The translations under genes and the position numbers were made by a program. The notes under the pieces are model-generated. The model did no database searches. It saw only the letters and a list, made by a program, of their open reading frames with translations, and had not been told where the DNA came from. This document shows positions 40,032 through 50,149 of a stretch of 64,000 nucleotides of DNA, one piece after another. The stretch comes from an uncultured delta proteobacterium (GTDB lineage Bacteria; Desulfobacterota; Desulfobacteria; Desulfobacterales; JAFDCJ01). The stretch lies in the NCBI GenBank assembly GCA_963769935.1, contig CAVYNY010000009.1, forward strand, positions 160,001 to 224,000, read 5' to 3'. The first letter of the stretch is position 1. Every line of letters starts with the position of its first letter.

Positions 40032-40165
40032 ATATTGAAAATTGCAGATTGAAAATTTGAGGTATGCTTTCTATTTTAAGAAAGGCCTGCCGGACATTAA
40101 CGGTCCGGAGCGACATACCAAATTAATTCCATAATTATTCAATTTTCAATTTTCAATCTTCAATT
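40028..40165. repeat. Inverted pair of heptamer arrays (attgaaa / tttcaat) between convergent genes
   Basis: attgaat attgaaa attgcag attgaaa ... ttcaatt ttcaatt ttcaatc ttcaatt. Confidence 0.75.
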
Positions 40166-40996
40166 TGCATTCATCTGCCCCCCCAGGATGATTTCAATGC
40201 GCCGATTCTGACGGCGACCTTCTTCGGTGGTGTTCGATGCAACCGGTCGGTAATAGCTGTAGCCGCGAACCGACAGTCTTTCGGGCTTGATCCCGGCTTC
40301 TTCCTGGAGAAATCGGACGACAGCTGCCGCCCGGGCGGTTGAAAGTTCCCAGTTGCTCGGAAATCGTTTCTTGAGCGCCGCACTCAAGGGGACATTGTCC
40401 GTGTGGCCCTCAACCAGGATTTCCTGATCCTGGCTATTCTTCAGAGCATCCGCCATAACCAGCAGCAATTCTCGGCCCCTGGCATTAATTTCCACGCTGC
40501 CGGAATCAAATAAAATTTTGTCGACAAAAATCACTCTCAGTTTGTCGGCTTCTTCGACCACTTCGACTTCCTGGGCGGCTATCTGATCTTTCAGGCTGGT
40601 TTCAATGGTCTTCTTGGTGTCGTCAAGCAGCTGGATGACCTTTTCCTGCAGCTCAATAACCGATTTCTTTTTATACAATTCCTGCTTGAGCATTCGGTTG
40701 TTGTCCGATATTTGCTGGTTTATCTTTTTCAGATAGGTATTCTGAACCTCCGCTTCCATCAAGTCTTTGGAAAATTGACTTTTGGATGCTTCCGAATTGC
40801 GCAGTTCAATTCCCAGCCAATTATTTTTTTCTTCAGCCTGCTTCAGTTTTAATTCCAGGTCACTTACGGTCCGATCTTTCTCCGAATGGGTCGCTTCCAA
40901 TTCGGACTCCAGTGTCCGGTATTGGTTCATCGGCACACAGCCGGCGAGCATAAAAACCATCATCCCTGCAGCGACAAGTGTTTTCATGGCAAGCAT
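40160..40996 (-). CDS. OmpA/MotB-family lipoprotein with coiled coil
   Basis: LAGC lipobox; ILFDSGS, EGHTDN, NWELSTARA, RQNRRIEI. Confidence 0.9.
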   Translation of the reverse strand: MLAMKTLVAAGMMVFMLAGCVPMNQYRTLESELEATHSEKDRTVSDLELKLKQAEEKNNWLGIELRNSEASKSQFSKDLMEAEVQNTYLKKINQQISDNNRMLKQELYKKKSVIELQEKVIQLLDDTKKTIETSLKDQIAAQEVEVVEEADKLRVIFVDKILFDSGSVEINARGRELLLVMADALKNSQDQEILVEGHTDNVPLSAALKKRFPSNWELSTARAAAVVRFLQEEAGIKPERLSVRGYSYYRPVASNTTEEGRRQNRRIEIILGGQMNAN

Positions 40997-41056
40997 AGGA
41001 ATGTCTCCACTAAGATGAATTTAGGTGCAAAATGCACAGGATTAACTTCTACGTCC

Positions 41057-41443
41057 TTAAGGGAAGACATCGGTGACACTGGTGTAATTGAATATGATGA
41101 ACGCCGCGACGATGACGGCTACAATGATCAAAGAAAATATGACGACGCCTCTGCCGGCCGAAAGATCATCGATTTTTTGGCCAAGCAGCGCAATTTCCTC
41201 ATCTGTTAGACTATCCAGGCGGAGTTCGGCTTCCTGCGGGGCAATTCCCTGGGCAATCAGTGCAAGGCGGATCTCCTGACGCGCCGTCATTTGATTCAGA
41301 TATTCACGTGTTTCCTGCTGCCGGCCGGCCGGCAGCAGGCTTTCCGTTCCAATCATGGCAGCCGAGGCGGATTGATACCAGGTTGGGACCAGCAACAATA
41401 CGATGGCCAGATAAACACAGCTTGGTTGGGCAGATTTTTTCAA
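41057..41443 (-). CDS. PA2779-family-like secreted protein
   Basis: Signal peptide ASA-AMIGTE; L...GI....A..RL.SLTDEE; LSAG then a C-terminal hydrophobic helix; follows a C39-like peptidase gene. Confidence 0.75.
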   Translation of the reverse strand: MKKSAQPSCVYLAIVLLLVPTWYQSASAAMIGTESLLPAGRQQETREYLNQMTARQEIRLALIAQGIAPQEAELRLDSLTDEEIALLGQKIDDLSAGRGVVIFSLIIVAVIVAAFIIFNYTSVTDVFP

Positions 41444-41631
41444 AATGTTCAGCGACTTTCTCTGTCGTTAAGTGAAGGAAAACTAGCAGTGATTTCAAAG
41501 CCCGACCCGGCCTGTCCGTGTCGAACGCATGGAGTTGATCGGTGATTTAAAAACACTTTTTTGTATATTCTTTAGTGGAAACTGTCAATAGCTTTGACTC
41601 TTGCCCAAACCAATGAACATATTATTATTAA

Positions 41632-41723
41632 GGGTCTCAAAATAGAAACCACTTCTTCATTGATTCCAGGTAAAGGCTTCTGGGAGTTCCAAATTATGAC
41701 ATGAATAGACAATTATGAGACCC
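41632..41723. mobile_element. 92-bp MITE-like element flanked by TTAA
   Basis: Perfect 14-bp inverted repeat TATTAAGGGTCTCA/TGAGACCCTTAATA spanning 41626-41729. Confidence 0.55.
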
Positions 41724-41852
41724 TTAATATCTCACCAGTAATATATCTAAATTGAGTATGGGTGGTGTAGTATCAATTATATTCCAACGTTGAAAACCTG
41801 GTTCCATGTTAGAATAAATTTCATCATCCAGCACCTGCATCCAGTATCCCGC

Positions 41853-42806
41853 TCAGGGCATCCTGGAACGAATCTCCTGCAATGTTTTCTCAGACTCGGC
41901 TTTCATGGGACCGCCCAGTTCAACCGCCTTTTGGGCCGCGACCAGGGCTTCGGGCTTGCGTCCCTGATCTAAAAGCACATAGGCCAGATTATTAAATGCC
42001 GCGGTCGAATCGGGATGCAACACCGTCGCCTCACGAAAGGCACTTTCAGCGCTTTTGAGGTCCCCCAGGGCATAAAAGCTGTTTCCCAGACCCATTCGCG
42101 CATTCAAACTGGCAGGCCACCGTGTCAATGCGGTCTGGTATCCGATTTCGGCGGCCTGGAATTGACGCGATTTTTCCAGCCCGAGGACGGCCGTCAAGTA
42201 CTTGATCTCATCCGCCTGCACCGGAATCTGGTTCGGTGCCAGCACTATCAGGCCCCAGTAGTTGCCGCGAGCCCAGGTTTTCTCAAAGAGATAGTAGGAC
42301 ATCACTTTGCGTTTGGTGGTCCCTGACCGAAGAATGACATCCTCGGCGGACAAATCATAACCGATGACGACGGCATAGTGCCAGACCGGCAGCCATGACA
42401 ATCCCAGATTCTGCAAAACGATCACCGGGTGACCGGCGGCAATTTCCGGAAACAGGGCATCCGGGCCTTTAAATTCATAGGCGATTTTAGCATGGCGCCG
42501 GGTGGCGCCGACCATGGCCATTTGCAGGCTGCCTTTGCGCGAGGGCGTATAGACCTGATTTTTCAGCGCTTCGGGGCTGATCGCCGGGCCGCTCCAGGTC
42601 AGCGCCATGGCCAGCGTAGCCGGTCCGCACTGGTAGGCCTCCTGCGGGTAAAATGGAACGGCATCCAGTTCGAAGCTGGTGGGCACATTTTCCGGCAGAT
42701 GCGGCAGGGGTGTCCGTTGAAAGACAGCGCAACCAAAAAGCAACACGAGGTGGCACATTAGAAGAAAGATCCGGCAGGCAGCTTTTTCTATTCGACATTT
42801 AACCAT
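41853..42806 (-). CDS. PA2778-family-like C39 cysteine peptidase lipoprotein with TPR repeats
   Basis: LFGC lipobox; VPFYPQEAYQCGPATLAM, WHYAVVIGYD; C-terminal TPRs; start uncertain. Confidence 0.85.
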   Translation of the reverse strand: MVKCRIEKAACRIFLLMCHLVLLFGCAVFQRTPLPHLPENVPTSFELDAVPFYPQEAYQCGPATLAMALTWSGPAISPEALKNQVYTPSRKGSLQMAMVGATRRHAKIAYEFKGPDALFPEIAAGHPVIVLQNLGLSWLPVWHYAVVIGYDLSAEDVILRSGTTKRKVMSYYLFEKTWARGNYWGLIVLAPNQIPVQADEIKYLTAVLGLEKSRQFQAAEIGYQTALTRWPASLNARMGLGNSFYALGDLKSAESAFREATVLHPDSTAAFNNLAYVLLDQGRKPEALVAAQKAVELGGPMKAESEKTLQEIRSRMP

Positions 42807-43073
42807 ACTATCCTTGCAAGCGTTCACGGATTCAAGTCCGTCGATTTATTCTAAGCTTTAAACCGTTGAACGATTCCCCTTTGGGTATCAATCGATTTCT
42901 GTTAATCATTGAATGCTATATAAAAAACACTATAAAATCAAGCCTCCTGATTTATTCTAGCATTGAAAATCAATCAAATGAGTGCTAAATCTTCTGTTAT
43001 CTTGGGGCTTAGAAGCACCTCTTTGATGGTAAAAAAGTGGTTTTTGTTAAATCCGGAATCCAAAGGAGGGTTT

Positions 43074-43829
43074 ATGCACAGAATCTTCATTTTTTCACTG
43101 GCAATCTTTTTGCTCTGTTTTCAACCTTACGCCCACGGACAGTTGACATCGTCAAAAGATAGTCCGGTTCCGGTTCTAACGGTAAGGGGCAGCGGCGAGG
43201 TAGCGGCAGCTCCGGACCAGGCGCTGGTTCAGCTCGGAGCGGCAGCCCAAAGTGAGAAGGCTGCGGATGCTCAGCAGCAGGTGAACCGTATCGTGGGGGC
43301 GATCCTCAAAGCGGTTAAAGCAGCCGGGATTCCCGCGGAAAACATATCCACCGCTGAATTGACCCTTGGGCCGGTATACGAGCGTGCAAACCGGAGCTCG
43401 GCCGAACAAGCGAAACTTCCCCGTATCGTCGGCTATTCGGCAACCAACGTGGTACGGGTTGAAATTCATGAGATAAATAAAATCGGCGCTGTGATCGACG
43501 CCGGTATCGGTGCCGGGGCCAACAGGCTTGAAGGAATTTCTTTTAAACTGAAAGATGACACTCTTTTCCGCAAAAAGGCCCTGCAACAGGCGGTTTTAAA
43601 TGCCCGCGAAAAGGCCGAGGCGATCACGTCTGCCTTGAACCTTCGCCTGGTTCGAATCCTTGAGATATCCGAAGAAGGTGTCCACACGCTCCAGCCCCAG
43701 TTTCGAACCCTGCGGATGAACAGCGCAGCCGCCGAATCGACCCCGGTCGAACCCGGACGAATCCAGGTAAGCGCTTCGGTTATTATCGGCTATCAGCTCG
43801 AAAGTTCCGCATCGCCGGCTGCAAATTGA
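43074..43829 (+). CDS. SIMPL/DUF541 periplasmic protein
   Basis: LTVRGSGEVAAAPD, GYSATN, GAN, AREKAE; ATG 43074 after GGAGG. Confidence 0.9.
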   Translation: MHRIFIFSLAIFLLCFQPYAHGQLTSSKDSPVPVLTVRGSGEVAAAPDQALVQLGAAAQSEKAADAQQQVNRIVGAILKAVKAAGIPAENISTAELTLGPVYERANRSSAEQAKLPRIVGYSATNVVRVEIHEINKIGAVIDAGIGAGANRLEGISFKLKDDTLFRKKALQQAVLNAREKAEAITSALNLRLVRILEISEEGVHTLQPQFRTLRMNSAAAESTPVEPGRIQVSASVIIGYQLESSASPAAN

Positions 43830-44082
43830 ATGAGCCCCGGGAGTCCATGAGATAAATTAAGCGGGGATCGGGCCTAATGCCGATGAACGTAAAGTATCCT
43901 GGCCCAGACCGTTTTTAACCTAAACCGATTTTGAGCTATTCTTTTCCAACCAGGAGGAAAATGCTTTAAATTCTCGGTAAGTCGCGCCCGGGCGGGCCAT
44001 CACGCCACGGCCTGGACGCACGGCAAAGCCAATCTCCTCTGATCCGGCCCACAGGACCAGGTTTGCAATCTTGTAGTCAAAA

Positions 44083-45207
44083 TCACAAAGGCGCATCAAA
44101 AGACCCGGCATATCCCGTCAGCTCAACGTAGCCTTCACCTTTTACCGGATGCTTATTTTTGGCACCTTCGATCGCTACACTGCCTTCCCAGTAAGTTACA
44201 CCGGTGCTGCCGAGGGTTCGCATCTCCTGATCGGGTAAATTGGAGGTTATTGTCACATCGATCGACAGGGGCGCGATTTGCATCCGCCAGCGGGAGGGGT
44301 AGCGCGCCTTGGATTGGCTGCTTTTCCAGGTATCCAGGACTGTCACTTTAAAATCACTTTCTGCCAGATGACGAGACTGGCCGGCGGGGTCTACAAAGGT
44401 GCCGCTGGACGCAGGGTTCAATCCACCCCCCGCTTTTCTGAGAAGATAAATCATGATCTCGGTCTGATCCGAAAACTGCAGGCTGAACCAGTCCCATCCG
44501 GTTAAGTCGGCTTCAAGCGGAGCCGTGCTGAATTCGTGGTCCATCCAGGCCGACCCGCTTACCGCAACTGTATTGCCGCCGATGGTGATCCTGCCCTGCC
44601 CTTCGAGTCTGGTGAATGAATAATAGCAGCTGGCCCGTTCCGGCGTCGAGCCCTTGAGGCTGTATCCGTTGTCACCGTGCAATACGGGCGGCTTCGCCGG
44701 TTTGAAATTCAGTGCATAGGAGAAGTCAGCCGAATTTACCTTCAATACATGCGAGTCCGGCCCTATTTGAGCCGACCAGTTTTTAAGGAAGACAAGCGTA
44801 TTTTCCCCCGCTACTTTAACTCCGGCCATGCCTAGCGCCGCACGGGAGACATCTTCAGCCTGCAGGTGCTGGCGGCCGGCGATATCCGAGACGGCCGCGT
44901 GGGCCAGGTAAACCTGTCGGGTGCGCCAGGCCGACGGATGCCGGGGCCATTTCTGATCAGCTCCCGGCGGACTGATTTGGCTGCGAAAAAAGGTCAGCTG
45001 AAAGCCGTATGGGTCTCCATTGGCAGATTTGAGATTGCCGGTGTAGTACCACCATTCGGTGCGATAGCCCGGATGCGCGCCGTGGTCTCTGGGAAACTCG
45101 AGATTGCAGGGACCGGTAACGGAAAGATAATTCCCGGCTTCTTCGCCGGTCACGGACCAAGCAGTTAAAAAAAACAGCAGGAAGAAATGAATTAAAATTT
45201 TTTTCAA
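44083..45207 (-). CDS. Secreted lipocalin-like / CrtC-AttH-like protein
   Basis: FPRDHGAHP, EWWYYTG, FQLTFFR, WMDHEFS, GWDWF, YWEG, GYVELTGY. Confidence 0.88.
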   Translation of the reverse strand: MKKILIHFFLLFFLTAWSVTGEEAGNYLSVTGPCNLEFPRDHGAHPGYRTEWWYYTGNLKSANGDPYGFQLTFFRSQISPPGADQKWPRHPSAWRTRQVYLAHAAVSDIAGRQHLQAEDVSRAALGMAGVKVAGENTLVFLKNWSAQIGPDSHVLKVNSADFSYALNFKPAKPPVLHGDNGYSLKGSTPERASCYYSFTRLEGQGRITIGGNTVAVSGSAWMDHEFSTAPLEADLTGWDWFSLQFSDQTEIMIYLLRKAGGGLNPASSGTFVDPAGQSRHLAESDFKVTVLDTWKSSQSKARYPSRWRMQIAPLSIDVTITSNLPDQEMRTLGSTGVTYWEGSVAIEGAKNKHPVKGEGYVELTGYAGSFDAPL

Positions 45208-45425
45208 ATAGCTATTCCCTCTCCATCTCTCCCGATATCTTTATTTTAATCGCGGATAGAAGCCGCTCCCACCGGGCTGCGAACAGAGATTCATTAAAAT
45301 TGACAGAATACCGCAATTTTAGGCATTTTAGGCATTTTGCAATTTTAGGCAATTCTTTGAGTGGCTTCTTCTTTCAAGTAAAATATATTTTGGCGCGAAA
45401 AGCACAAAATCAGATTCGAAGCGCA

Positions 45426-48014
45426 CTACCTCTCCCGCAGCAGGGTTGCCGGCGGCTCCCTGAATACCATGCGTATGGCCGGCAGAGCGGCGGCCAGCGC
45501 GGTCAGGATAATCAGCGGCAGCGACAGGCCCAGGGTCCACCAGTCGACGCTATACAGAAACGTCCAGCCGAAGGATTGCCGGTTGATCACGTAGACCAGC
45601 AAATATGACAGAATGAAGCCGCACCCAATTCCGGCCAGCTCGCCGGCCACCACCATAAATGCCGCTTCCCAGATGATTATTTTACGAATCTGCCCGAAAC
45701 CGGCGCCGATTGCAAACAGGGTATTTAACTGGCGCGAACGTTCCAAAACCAGAACGGTCAGCGTGGTGGCAATTCCCAAAGCCGCGATGACAAGGGCGAT
45801 CAGCAGCAGTACCGTGGTAACCGCAAAGGTTTCATCAAATACCCGCAGGATGCCCTCGCGTAATTCGCGACCGCTGATGATATCAAGCATGTCGCCCCAG
45901 CGCTCGATTATTTTCGTGCGAAATTGCGCCACCGCCCGGCTGATATCCCGGGTGCGGTCTCGAAAAAAAAACCGGGAGCCGCCCCAGCCGGGATCATGAT
46001 AGCGTTCAATGAAGGGCTGCAGGGGATAAAAAACTACCCCGCCCTGGGTGCGATAGTCGCGTACCACCCCTAAAACCGGCAGTTCCACCAGGGATTTTTC
46101 AATCCTGGCGCGAAACAGATCACCGACGGCCAAGCCGGTGCGGTTTGCAAATACTTCCGAAATAACGACGCCTTCGCCCTTTCTTAATCGCGGACGGATA
46201 GTATCCGGATTGCCCTTCATCCAGAAAAAGTCGGCATATTTGAAGAAAATATTCAGGTCCAGCACTTCAAATTCATAAGGGAAATTATTGTAGCTGAGAA
46301 AATACCGCCGGTTGGGTACGGCTTCGACTTCCCCGGCCTGGGATCTAAACCAGGCCGCCACTTGCTCCGGGATGGGGTAGCGAAACTGATTCATCTCATT
46401 TAATTTCATGGTCACGAACAGATCCCCGCTGACCGTCTGATAGGCCCAGATTTCAACCGTTCGCCGAAAGCTGAATATCATGATAACCAGCGAAGCAAAC
46501 AGGGCCACAGCCGTGATTAAAGCCCCCACGGAAACCGCGGTGCGGGTGCCGCTGTCCCGGATATACCGTCCGGCCAGATAAGCGGGTATCCCGGCTACCC
46601 GAAGCAGAGCAGGTGACAGGATACTGCCCATCCGGGTCAGGAACCAGGGCGCCAGCAAAGAAAATCCAATAAAAAGCAGCACAACTGCCACATATCCCGG
46701 AAGCGGAATGCCCACTACACCGGGAAGCATTGACAGCGGCAAAACCAGCGCAATACATATCAAGCCGCCGCCGGCAAGCTTACGGGGAGATTTTTTCACC
46801 TGCATGCCATGCTGGGAAATTTCCAGCGCTTCTTTGGGAGACACCAGCATCGCCTCCCGGGCCGGCTGCAATGCTGCCAGCACGGAAATAAAAACCGTTA
46901 CGACGAAGCTCAAGGCAATTTCCCAGGGGCTGAGGGAGAGTCGATCCACCTGAACCCGCACAAAAAGAATGGATATTGTCCGGCTGACGCCATGCAGCAT
47001 ATATTTGACCAGAAAACTGCTGATGGGCATGGCTGCAATCCAGCCGGCCAGGCCGAAAAGCGCCCCTTCCGCCAGAAAAACATAAAAGAGAAGATAAGAG
47101 GAAGCTCCGGTGGAGCGCAATACAGCCAGTTCGTGACGACGAGAGGCGGCGTTTAGTGCCACCAGGCTGTAAACCAGAAACATACCCACGAACAAGGATG
47201 CAAAACTCAAAATGGAAAGATTCATCTGGTAGGCCCGGATCATCCCCCGGCCGCTTTCTTTGGCAGCCGACGGCGACCCCATCACAACGCTGTCGGGCAG
47301 CATGCGGCGAATCTCTGTCAGCGCCCGCTTGCCGGCGTCCGGCTTAAGCTGCAAATCAATGCGGTCCACCAGCCCGTAGAGGCCGGTGAATTCCTGAAAG
47401 GTGGCGATATCGGTAATTGCCACCCGTCCGCCTTCCACCAGGGCCAGGCCTTCCGGCTGCATAATTCCGGCCACCCGGAATTCGGCTTTCCGGCCGGCAA
47501 GCACCAGCGTGAGCGAATCGCCGGGGCTGCATTCATATTTGAGCGCCAGCGGTTGACCAATGATAATGGTATTGGGTTCTCTGATTAAATCCAGCCAGGC
47601 TTCAGTTTCGGGCCGGCCGGCGTCGGTGATTTGCCATTCTCGAAGAGTTCGATCCAGAATCGGGTCAAGGCCGATTAAGAGAAAGGGATCGGACGGCGGC
47701 GGCATTGGTTTGACATAGGTGGTCAGTATCGGCGAAGCAGCGGCAACCGCCGGATGCTTCAACAAAAGGGGGACCAATTCCTCGGGCACATGGCCTCCGG
47801 GCTGGATTAGAACCCGGTCGGCGCGGCCGGCAATCAGATCCATGCTTTTGCTGAAGGAATCCAGCGAGGCATGCACGGAAAGCCGCACGCTGGTGAATAC
47901 CGCGGCTCCCAGGGCAATCCCGCAAAGCACGGTGAGCGCCCGGCCCGGGTGCTTGCGCATGTTGCGCAGGCTGAACCAGATAAAAAATTTAATGAAGAAC
48001 AAGATGCGAGGCAC
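45426..48014 (-). CDS. FtsX-like ABC transporter permease with duplicated domains (AttF/G-like)
   Basis: GIALGAAV, RRHELAVLRSTGA, FDETFAVT, VINRQSFGWT. Confidence 0.88.
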   Translation of the reverse strand: MPRILFFIKFFIWFSLRNMRKHPGRALTVLCGIALGAAVFTSVRLSVHASLDSFSKSMDLIAGRADRVLIQPGGHVPEELVPLLLKHPAVAAASPILTTYVKPMPPPSDPFLLIGLDPILDRTLREWQITDAGRPETEAWLDLIREPNTIIIGQPLALKYECSPGDSLTLVLAGRKAEFRVAGIMQPEGLALVEGGRVAITDIATFQEFTGLYGLVDRIDLQLKPDAGKRALTEIRRMLPDSVVMGSPSAAKESGRGMIRAYQMNLSILSFASLFVGMFLVYSLVALNAASRRHELAVLRSTGASSYLLFYVFLAEGALFGLAGWIAAMPISSFLVKYMLHGVSRTISILFVRVQVDRLSLSPWEIALSFVVTVFISVLAALQPAREAMLVSPKEALEISQHGMQVKKSPRKLAGGGLICIALVLPLSMLPGVVGIPLPGYVAVVLLFIGFSLLAPWFLTRMGSILSPALLRVAGIPAYLAGRYIRDSGTRTAVSVGALITAVALFASLVIMIFSFRRTVEIWAYQTVSGDLFVTMKLNEMNQFRYPIPEQVAAWFRSQAGEVEAVPNRRYFLSYNNFPYEFEVLDLNIFFKYADFFWMKGNPDTIRPRLRKGEGVVISEVFANRTGLAVGDLFRARIEKSLVELPVLGVVRDYRTQGGVVFYPLQPFIERYHDPGWGGSRFFFRDRTRDISRAVAQFRTKIIERWGDMLDIISGRELREGILRVFDETFAVTTVLLLIALVIAALGIATTLTVLVLERSRQLNTLFAIGAGFGQIRKIIIWEAAFMVVAGELAGIGCGFILSYLLVYVINRQSFGWTFLYSVDWWTLGLSLPLIILTALAAALPAIRMVFREPPATLLRER

Positions 48015-48136
48015 TGTTTATTGAGTTTATTGGGTTTATTGGGTTTATGGCGCTTATCCGCCAGCTGATAGCTCATAGCTCATAGTTGATAGTTGATAAA
48101 CGGCTTGGAGGCCGGGAAGCTGGGAGGCTCGGAGAC
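48015..48136. repeat. Mosaic of 9-mer, 7-mer and 8-mer tandem blocks inside the ABC operon
   Basis: gtttattga gtttattgg gtttattgg; agctgat agctcat agctcat agttgat agttgat; ggaggccg ggaagctg ggaggctc. Confidence 0.82.
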
Positions 48137-48829
48137 TTAGAAATCGGATATCATTCCGTCCTTGAGGCTGATTTTTATCGTGGCCATGGAATCAGCCAGG
48201 GTGCTGTGAGTCGCGATGACGACCGTTCGCTTCCATTGGCGATTCAGGTCGGCCAGCAGTTCAACGACAAGCCGGCCGTTGCGGCTGTCTAAATTCCCGG
48301 TTGGCTCATCCGCCAGGATAATGGCGGGATCATTTATCAGCGCTCGGGCGATGGCCGTCCGCTGCATTTCGCCGCCGGAAAGCTGAGCCGGAAGGTGGGT
48401 CAGGCGGTCTGTAAGGCCGAGCCAGTCTAAAAATTCCATGGCGTTTGATTTGATCCGACCGAATGGCTTGCCGGCCAACAGCCCGGGCAGACTGACATTT
48501 TCCAGCACATTTAAAGTGGGCATCAAATTAAAAGACTGGAAAACCATCCCCACAACATCCCGCCGGAAATGCGTGAGCGCCGCATCCGAGGCCCGGGCCA
48601 AATCATGATCGGCAACCGTTAAGTCACCGCGGGTGGGTCGATCCAGCCCGGCCAGCAGAGACAACAATGTGCTCTTGCCGGACCCGCTGTCACCCTTAAG
48701 GACAACCAGCTCACCGGCAGCAATTTCAAAGTTGAGTTGATTGATACCGATAACTTCACTGCCGCCCAGCCGATAGGTGCGCGTCAGGTTATGGGCCCTG
48801 ATTAACGGAAATATATTGGGAGATTGCAT
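48137..48829 (-). CDS. ABC transporter ATP-binding protein (LolD-like)
   Basis: GDSGSGKS, LSGGEMQR, LADEPTGNLD, ATH. Confidence 0.93.
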   Translation of the reverse strand: MQSPNIFPLIRAHNLTRTYRLGGSEVIGINQLNFEIAAGELVVLKGDSGSGKSTLLSLLAGLDRPTRGDLTVADHDLARASDAALTHFRRDVVGMVFQSFNLMPTLNVLENVSLPGLLAGKPFGRIKSNAMEFLDWLGLTDRLTHLPAQLSGGEMQRTAIARALINDPAIILADEPTGNLDSRNGRLVVELLADLNRQWKRTVVIATHSTLADSMATIKISLKDGMISDF

Positions 48830-48887
48830 GGTTTGGTAAAACAACGGCGTGTTAAACTAATAACCAATAACAAATATCTTTTGATCT

Positions 48888-49265
48888 TCAATTTGTTTTA
48901 TTCCGCAGGGCATAAAAGGCAAACAACAGCCAGCCGCCCATAAGACACAACCCACCTGCCGGTGTCAGGATGCTGAAGAAGCGAATTTTGGTTAAACTGA
49001 TTAAATATAGATTTCCCTGAAATAAAACCGTTCCGGCAACAAACAGCCAGCCGGGCAGCTGAAACGGAATGTTCGGGTGGCGGTCACGGGCGAAACCCAG
49101 CAGGATCAGGGCCAAGCCGTGATAAAACATATAGCTGGTGGCCAAATCAAAATTGGACAGGCCGCCTGAATTGCTGAGATGGGCTTTCAGCGCATGCGCG
49201 CCCAAGGCCCCGGCCACAACCGCCAGAAAGCAGGTAAAGGCGCCGATGGTTCCAAATATTTTCAT
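48888..49265 (-). CDS. DUF423 (YgdD-like) membrane protein
   Basis: GALGAH, YMFYH, LF.G.LY, TP.GG...GW. Confidence 0.88.
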   Translation of the reverse strand: MKIFGTIGAFTCFLAVVAGALGAHALKAHLSNSGGLSNFDLATSYMFYHGLALILLGFARDRHPNIPFQLPGWLFVAGTVLFQGNLYLISLTKIRFFSILTPAGGLCLMGGWLLFAFYALRNKTN

Positions 49266-49444
49266 TAATTTCCCAACCCGCTCAAGCCGAAATATGATTA
49301 AAGTGAGCTAAAAGTTCTTGTTTAAAGTATTCAAAACTACGGTCGTTTTGATGGTTAAGATCGTTTGGATCGTTTTGTTCGACCTTTTTGATTAAATGGC
49401 CAAATCATTGAATCGAGGGCAACACATTTAGCGGCACACAGCGC

Positions 49445-50101
49445 CTATTTTGCGAGAAATCCTTGCCGTACGGCATCTTCAATCAAGGCACTCACATAAT
49501 CCCAGAGAACGGGGGCACCGTCTTTCACGGGGCGCATGCGCCGGTGAACCTGACCGCTTTTTATATCGTTCGCCTGCCAGGTTTCGCCAGCGGTAAAGTA
49601 GTTGTTCAGCATCGGCTGAACCCGGTCCAGGGCATTGGCAAATCTGGATTCAGGCGTTTCTCTTTTTTCGAACTCATCCCACAGCGCCCGCAGGGCAGCG
49701 GCCTGATCGGCCGGCAGCAGGCCGAAAACCCGCTGCGCGGCTATTTCCTCCCGCCGGTGCTGATCTTTTCTGCCATTGTCATCATAACAGTAGGTATCGC
49801 CGGCATCGATTTCGACCAGGTCATGAATCAGCAGCATTTTCATCACATGAAAAAAATCAATATCCGTTTCCTTTGAGTATTCCGACATAATCAGCACCAT
49901 CAGGGCGATATGCCAGGAGTGCTCGGCCGAATTTTCACGGCGGCGGTGATCCAGCAAGATGGTTTTACGCCGGACATGCTTGAGTTTGTCGGCTTCCAGA
50001 ATAAATTCAATCTGTTTTTTGAACCTTTTCGATTCAGCACACGGTATGACGGGGGCCACCTGTTTGCCGGCGGCTGATTCTTCGGATGATTTCGGTGGCA
50101 T
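49445..50101 (-). CDS. HD-domain phosphohydrolase
   Basis: ENSAEHSWH, LIHDLVEIDAGD, LWDEFE, ALDR; ATG 50101 after GGGAG. Confidence 0.9.
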   Translation of the reverse strand: MPPKSSEESAAGKQVAPVIPCAESKRFKKQIEFILEADKLKHVRRKTILLDHRRRENSAEHSWHIALMVLIMSEYSKETDIDFFHVMKMLLIHDLVEIDAGDTYCYDDNGRKDQHRREEIAAQRVFGLLPADQAAALRALWDEFEKRETPESRFANALDRVQPMLNNYFTAGETWQANDIKSGQVHRRMRPVKDGAPVLWDYVSALIEDAVRQGFLAK

Positions 50102-50149
50102 TATTCGGCTCCCTGTTTGATGTTGGTGCAAAGATCCTCATTCAGATCT

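Noticed and set aside
40160..40996. Flagellar stator motB
   Set aside because: No motA neighbour, and it has a lipobox rather than the MotB TM helix with conserved Asp
43645..43662. GGTTCGAATCC, resembling a tRNA T-loop
   Set aside because: Inside the SIMPL coding sequence with no cloverleaf context
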